Below are positions 26,201-30,500 of a stretch of 30,500 bases of DNA, one piece after another (position 1 is the stretch's first letter; each line of letters opens with the position of its first letter). The DNA is from a virus (taxonomy: Duplodnaviria; Caudoviricetes). The DNA is taken from the IMG/VR virus record IMGVR_UViG_3300017911_001598, positions 1 through 30,500 of that record. One strand, written 5' to 3'. The position numbers were made by a program, and so were the translations under genes. Below the pieces are notes generated by a model that did not search any database, had not been told where the DNA came from, and worked only from the letters and a program-made list of their open reading frames with translations.

Positions 26201-28594
26201 GAAGAAGCATCACCCTATCAGCGAAGGATGATTCAACAAATCGTAACTCAGGCCAGTAAGCAAGGTACGCCTGTACGAATTGCTACGGTACGAGACCTTT
26301 TAGGAAAAATCCCGTTTCCTACTGGTGCATCGTTCAACATTTCTGAATCACTGCCTGACGATTTTCACGCACTTCTTGACTACCCCCACGACAGGGAAGG
26401 TAACTTTGAGTTGGGAACTGTCCGAGCACATCCTGATAACAGAAGTCGGTCAGGACTCAAAGCACATCCGGCTATGCGTGCAGCCGCAGCGGTATCGAGA
26501 ATGCTTGAAACGTTGTCGGACCGAGGTTTGGAGATTCAAATACCGAACCAAAAGGATAAAGGTCAATTGGATAGACACTATACTGGCAAAAATGTTAGTC
26601 ATAGATTAGCAGGCAAACCACTCATAGACGAAATAAAGATGCACAGGCTTACGAATTTGCTTCATGGAATTGTGGTTGATGACGGTTCAGTTGAGTATGA
26701 CCCAACGCATGAAGCCTCCAAAGAAAGGTTTGCACTTACGTCAAAGCCGATAGGTCGTGCATCACATCCTGACACAGAAACATCCATCATGTCGATTTAC
26801 AACTCAGACGGCCTACGCTCTCACAAGGCTCACATGCACGACGTTCCGTTCCGCATGGATATAAGAGACGGTCGCATGGTGTTTCGGCAGCGAAGGACAC
26901 CGAAAAGAATGCGACTGGCTACGCCCATGGGGGGTTCAGTGATAAGAGTCTTACCTCAACAATACCATGGTCACTTTGGTGCACACAACGATGACCGTTC
27001 AGTTGAGCGACAACCAAACGCCACACGCGCAAACCAAGCCCAAACGACTTTGAGTGACAACCTACTGGATATATCGACGAAGATGGACGGACCTGCATTG
27101 TTGGCTTCGCTGACCAACCCTGACTATATCCGCAAGGATATGCCTGAGGGCTTGCCGTCACTGCAACCGATGCATCGCATCTTTGATGTCGACGACCTTG
27201 AACACCTGCGTGGGTTCACAGGCGACTGGGTTGTCAGCGACTATCCTGAGGGCGAGCGAATGTTCGTCACCAAAAAAGACGATGATGTCGAAAGTAAGGG
27301 TTCACTTACTGACGAAGAAAAGAAAGCGTTCAAGCAGGTATCTGACAAGGATTTCTTGGTTGACGTTATACGACGTGAGAGTGGACTGTACATCTTTGAG
27401 GTTATTGAGTTCGATGGCAAAGAGGTTCATGACATACCGATTCAAGACCGCATCAAGTTGTTGCGTGGTGCGTTACAAAGCGTTGAGGGTGTCGAAGCCC
27501 CAAGTGCATCCGATACCAAGTTGACCGACGATGTCGGACTGGCTGACGCCATCAAGAACATCGAGAGCGACCGTATCTTGTTGCGTGATGCAAAGTCTAC
27601 ATACATGAAAGGCGAAGCACGCCATCCCAAGTGGGTCATGTATCAGAAAGGGAACGATGTCACACTCATGGTACTTGAGCGACGAGGCGAATCGCCATAC
27701 ACGTATCGACTTGGCACAGGACCAATCATACATGGAGAGGACTTGGGTGACCGTGCAGTCAAGATTGACGATGACATTTACATGGACATCGGCGCATCGT
27801 TCAATGCTCCTGAAAAGTATGAGGTTGGTGATTATGTCAAGGTCAATGTCACAAGCGTAACAGAAGGTGAGGCATCTGAAAATCAAAAAGTGTACACTGT
27901 TCACGCACCACGCATCGAGGGTGAGGCTGAGGGTGAACCACTGGTCAGCACAGAAAGTCTTGCTATGCTAGCAAAGGCTGACATGACCCAAAGTCCACTC
28001 AACATCTATAGAAGCGACCGTCACATTCGTGTATCGTTTGAAGCAGGTGATGTTCTGTACAAGGCGACCACACGTGGTCAGTATTGGACTGTACACACAC
28101 CCGTAGCCGACAATGACTATCTGATTCGTTTGTCTGAAAGCCAACGACCGTTTTGGTCACCCGTTGCTGGCGTCATGCTCAAAGGTGACTTCTCTATAGA
28201 AGAACGAGAGGACAAGGCTGAGGTTCACGAAAGCAAAGGTGACGCTAAGCCTCTCATCCCACCTAAGAAAATCCATGGCACTGGGACGTGGGACAAAGAG
28301 AAGAACAAGGTTATGAAGAAGGGTGTCGAACTTCTTGAGCGACTGTTGGCGAAAAGCGGTGTAGGTCAAGTGGGCATGAGCGCATCAGGACCTAAGGGAC
28401 TGGGTATAGACTACGGTACACCTATCCAATCACCAACAGGTCCAACTAATCCTGATGATGCTAAAACTATGCCTGACTACGATGTGCGTGATATTGAGCG
28501 TGACAGGAAGGATGAAGAGGAAGAATCGAAGGACGTCGAGGAAGTTGATAGTAAGTTAGAACTTACAGAAGATAAGGCTGTCTACCATATCTGA
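23207..28594 (+). CDS. 1795-aa protein with a C-terminal degenerate ATP-dependent DNA ligase-like (NTase plus OB) region
   Basis: GGTGA SD with GTG start; WVVSDYPEGER, YIFEVIEFDG, PIQDRIKLL, LLRDAKSTYMKG...KW, and C-terminal APRI. Confidence 0.8.
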   Translation: MTIPNPSGGEEQKFPLAQQPDPTFEDVASLGILDPSTDMRVSEGMDRAPKTMAESFEGGAPFAERIKAHDSIVHMGSQWLHQQIRPPSREHQGTETEHFFEDHYHSPDFNPLWGDHDEDDDESHPEFSNVLERYFLDGVSQEHAQKEIAHYQHHGDTALYSPSMYGKDRLSNHEMYEMNFNNWQASPAGLEALKEEILLGREGNDLDESLRRRHMSDAKDTWKNFNEVDNETGRSVGLGELDYYFGLEWLSPKDKIAFYEHMMEHGSMNKDNASVFLPDLGMEVPMGRFVANFHQRYAPVHAHHTRDVDATGEPGLGRLYTPPQDDINPAEMYKDLEGTELFQRLKGFYEGITGEKLKYLAKVEKGRLVPSDAKTITPNDLFAMANMGRAGQKLMRYDDPYYSLNRGDPRTIALLDSLEGIDELVKDFVGIHRDATKMKGNGRRLRNAIQFFTQPFLATEGNNAHPESYMGGKQESLSHHFSTPFLGRGGLGKTHATRLNTMHAAHRFSPEEGDAMSFLTTGERSRTGGDIVGVGDAGPFRPELIGLADAVENVMAPFGPPESELEAVKRYRKTEKGLYEAKQVAEISPSAGLTAQLGPHNLKRTIGLISGAKVNSTRHDTTTSPKYYNQLMESKHKATKGKMTQAMRHAVADGYGYENTIGSRNAFGPQSTETGVMRRDQDAALHHHQLSGMIGAIHPPANPSFQKDVHHPHSIHPDTEMAADRDELGMLQGITQDNYDNDLKQLQSLREKAHEKRMLLSNLKNNPPKPPAVLSMNDESKAWFLASQEHGKKIKDAEREAALAEGKVGAHINRKESKDGLTVGERMVEYSQAEDELNALIEYQASGIPVSEDEMNEAHERLEAIEQEHYSPIKGDHQRYLRNKGTTWQSKVRSHINAIENVAKQVLAEAEQQGFDLFSMAPPDTVMAWAMKTANDILATQDQDFHGQEALSAGVVREKTHVRHDAIQDQVKAFMDTDDAHEIGPNENVDKATARVFGEEASPYQRRMIQQIVTQASKQGTPVRIATVRDLLGKIPFPTGASFNISESLPDDFHALLDYPHDREGNFELGTVRAHPDNRSRSGLKAHPAMRAAAAVSRMLETLSDRGLEIQIPNQKDKGQLDRHYTGKNVSHRLAGKPLIDEIKMHRLTNLLHGIVVDDGSVEYDPTHEASKERFALTSKPIGRASHPDTETSIMSIYNSDGLRSHKAHMHDVPFRMDIRDGRMVFRQRRTPKRMRLATPMGGSVIRVLPQQYHGHFGAHNDDRSVERQPNATRANQAQTTLSDNLLDISTKMDGPALLASLTNPDYIRKDMPEGLPSLQPMHRIFDVDDLEHLRGFTGDWVVSDYPEGERMFVTKKDDDVESKGSLTDEEKKAFKQVSDKDFLVDVIRRESGLYIFEVIEFDGKEVHDIPIQDRIKLLRGALQSVEGVEAPSASDTKLTDDVGLADAIKNIESDRILLRDAKSTYMKGEARHPKWVMYQKGNDVTLMVLERRGESPYTYRLGTGPIIHGEDLGDRAVKIDDDIYMDIGASFNAPEKYEVGDYVKVNVTSVTEGEASENQKVYTVHAPRIEGEAEGEPLVSTESLAMLAKADMTQSPLNIYRSDRHIRVSFEAGDVLYKATTRGQYWTVHTPVADNDYLIRLSESQRPFWSPVAGVMLKGDFSIEEREDKAEVHESKGDAKPLIPPKKIHGTGTWDKEKNKVMKKGVELLERLLAKSGVGQVGMSASGPKGLGIDYGTPIQSPTGPTNPDDAKTMPDYDVRDIERDRKDEEEESKDVEEVDSKLELTEDKAVYHI

Positions 28595-28624
28595 TTAAAT
28601 AGAATGACACCTGTAAGGACTACA

Positions 28625-30028
28625 ATGGTCATGGCATCGCCACTACAATCCGCCCGATTTGAAGGCGGTGGCACTATATCGCTCCTCAAGAGCGACAATG
28701 GCCTTGTTATTGCAGGCTATGCAAGCGTCGAAATGGTCGACAAGCAAGGTGACCTTATCACTACAGGTGCACTCAAGGGTGCATTTGACAATTTCATGAA
28801 GGCGGACGGATTCCGCAACGTACAACTCGCACACTCCAACATCCAAGTTGGAGAAGTTATTCCACAGTACACTGACAGCAGTGGTCGATTGTGGAAGTCC
28901 GGTGTCGATGACGCTGGACTCTTCGTTGTCATACAAGTACGTGATGACATCGAGAAGGCTCGTGAAGTAGCCAATGAGATTCGCAAGGGTGCCCTACGGG
29001 GTTTCAGTATCGGTGGACAAGCATTCAAGAGAATGCGAAAGGCCGACTCGGAACACGGTGATTACACCGAGATTTCCAAACTGGAACTTCACGAAGTCAC
29101 CATTTGTGAAAAAGGTATAAACCCGGAGGCGACATTCCGTATATTGAAGGAGGACACAACAATGACTGAAAGTACAGACATGAACACAATGAGCGAACTG
29201 TCGTCCGTCTTGGACCGCATCAACACCCGCCTCGACGTAATGGAGAAAGGTGAAATGCCCGAAGGCTTGAAAGAGCATATGAAGGATAAGAAAGACGACA
29301 AGGATGAAGACAAAGGCAAAGAAATGGCTAATGACAAAGACGACGAAGAAAAGATGTACGGCGCCGAACACAAAGGCGAAATGGAAAAATCCGAGTACTC
29401 TGATGTCATCACCCAAGACTACTTGCACTGGATGGAAAACACCTTGAAGTCGGGTGGCGTCGATATTGCAGGCGCTCGTGCACACTTTGATGCACTTGAG
29501 AAGGCACAACTCGGTGGCTTCGACAACCCATCTTCCATTGACGGTGCCGATTACTTCGGCGGCCAAGTACGTGGCCGAGCACAAGAAGGCGGTAACCCAT
29601 CTACTGGCGCAATTGGCAAACTCAACAGCGGCTCTAAGGCTGATGTTGCAAAGGGCTACTTGCACCCTGAGGACCTCTCCCCTGCTGACCTTGAACAAGC
29701 ATACGCTGCTTACAAGGCTGCTTCCATTGAGAAGCAACTCAAGGGAACTCTCAGCGAAGTCTTCGCTGACCGACTCGCCAAGGAACAGCGCAGTGAGGCT
29801 GAAAGCCGACAAGCACAAGCATTCGACGCTCGTGCTCCACTCGCATCAATCGAAAAAGCAGTTGCTGCTCTAAGCGACCGAATCGATAACCTTGCATCAG
29901 GTGCAACTGGAACAACCATCCAAAAGTCCGCACCTGTTTCTAACGTTGAAATTCCATCCACTATGGATATGGCAAACATGTCTTGGGATGAGGTACACCG
30001 CCTTGCAGGGAGTGTATTCCACAACTGA
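28625..30028 (+). CDS. HK97-family prohead protease fused to a scaffold region
   Basis: IAGYASVEMVDKQGD, QLAH, LRGFSIGG, LHEVTI; acidic/coiled-coil C-terminal half; TTAAATA 30 nt before ATG 28625 (ORF track starts at 28604). Confidence 0.92.
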   Translation: MVMASPLQSARFEGGGTISLLKSDNGLVIAGYASVEMVDKQGDLITTGALKGAFDNFMKADGFRNVQLAHSNIQVGEVIPQYTDSSGRLWKSGVDDAGLFVVIQVRDDIEKAREVANEIRKGALRGFSIGGQAFKRMRKADSEHGDYTEISKLELHEVTICEKGINPEATFRILKEDTTMTESTDMNTMSELSSVLDRINTRLDVMEKGEMPEGLKEHMKDKKDDKDEDKGKEMANDKDDEEKMYGAEHKGEMEKSEYSDVITQDYLHWMENTLKSGGVDIAGARAHFDALEKAQLGGFDNPSSIDGADYFGGQVRGRAQEGGNPSTGAIGKLNSGSKADVAKGYLHPEDLSPADLEQAYAAYKAASIEKQLKGTLSEVFADRLAKEQRSEAESRQAQAFDARAPLASIEKAVAALSDRIDNLASGATGTTIQKSAPVSNVEIPSTMDMANMSWDEVHRLAGSVFHN

Positions 30029-30043
30029 ATGGAGTGATGAAGA

Positions 30044-30500
30044 ATGGCAAGAAACTATCTAAGAACAGTAACCGACATGGAACGCTACTACTATGGTGCA
30101 GGCTCAAACATGGGCTTCCACTATTCAGGCAGTGAACTTTTGAAAGCAGACGCACCACTATTGTCCACAACTGCTGGTACCTACCAAGCAATCTATGGAC
30201 GAAAGGTTTGGAGCCAGTTGAACCAAGAGTTCAACGCATTCTCCATCCTTCCTAAGAAACCTTGGGACCGAAGTGGATGGCGTGTCGTAACCGCACGACC
30301 TGACACCAGCAAAGGTGGAGGTATTGCGGAGAACGGTACACTACCGGACACCACAAAACCAACTTTCCAAAACATTGCTGCAAAGCCTAAGACCATTGCA
30401 CACACCTTCGACATGAGTGAAGTTGCAATCTTCCTCAACGACAAGGATGACGGTCTCGGCGACATTCGCAGTGTTCTCAAGGAAGAAATGGGTAAGCACC
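30044..30500 (+). CDS. Major capsid protein (N-terminal part, runs off the window)
   Basis: SD GGAGTGA; open to the window end: MARNYLRTVTDMERYYYG...ELLKADAPLLSTTAG...KVWSQLNQEFNAFSILPKKPWDRSGWRV; directly follows the protease. Confidence 0.88.
   Translation, partial: MARNYLRTVTDMERYYYGAGSNMGFHYSGSELLKADAPLLSTTAGTYQAIYGRKVWSQLNQEFNAFSILPKKPWDRSGWRVVTARPDTSKGGGIAENGTLPDTTKPTFQNIAAKPKTIAHTFDMSEVAIFLNDKDDGLGDIRSVLKEEMGKH

Noticed and set aside
28994-29818. 274-aa minus-strand ORF and the many other antisense or alternate-frame ORFs
   Set aside because: They shadow well-supported + strand genes, with no motifs or initiation signals

Overview
The window looks like the head-morphogenesis half of a tailed (Caudoviricetes, HK97-fold) archaeal virus. 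It most resembles viruses of marine group II Euryarchaeota/Poseidoniales (magrovirus-like); this host call is inference from gene content, archaeal-type GGAGGTGA ribosome-binding sites and TATA-like boxes about 27-30 nt before SD-less starts. Nearly all genes are on the + strand. The core module runs: terminase large subunit, LAGLIDADG-domain protein, portal, three small proteins, a 1795-aa protein with a degenerate ATP-dependent ligase fold, prohead protease/scaffold, and the start of the major capsid protein. Two things stand out. (1) One short peptide tag, P-[FLIMT]-[DEG]-x-A-[WFL]-x-x-[LIV]-K, occurs 13 times in 11 otherwise unrelated proteins, mostly at the N-terminus, and ends in the same hydrophobic-hydrophobic-Lys seen in the capsid propeptide. 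This suggests a capsid-targeting plus prohead-protease-release cargo system. (2) An Arf-like small GTPase is encoded in a cluster with several membrane proteins. Also present are an HMG-CoA lyase-family gene, a HiPIP-like Cys protein, a candidate structured ncRNA, and a repeat/palindrome region at the left end. No database searches were run; family names come from motif recognition.
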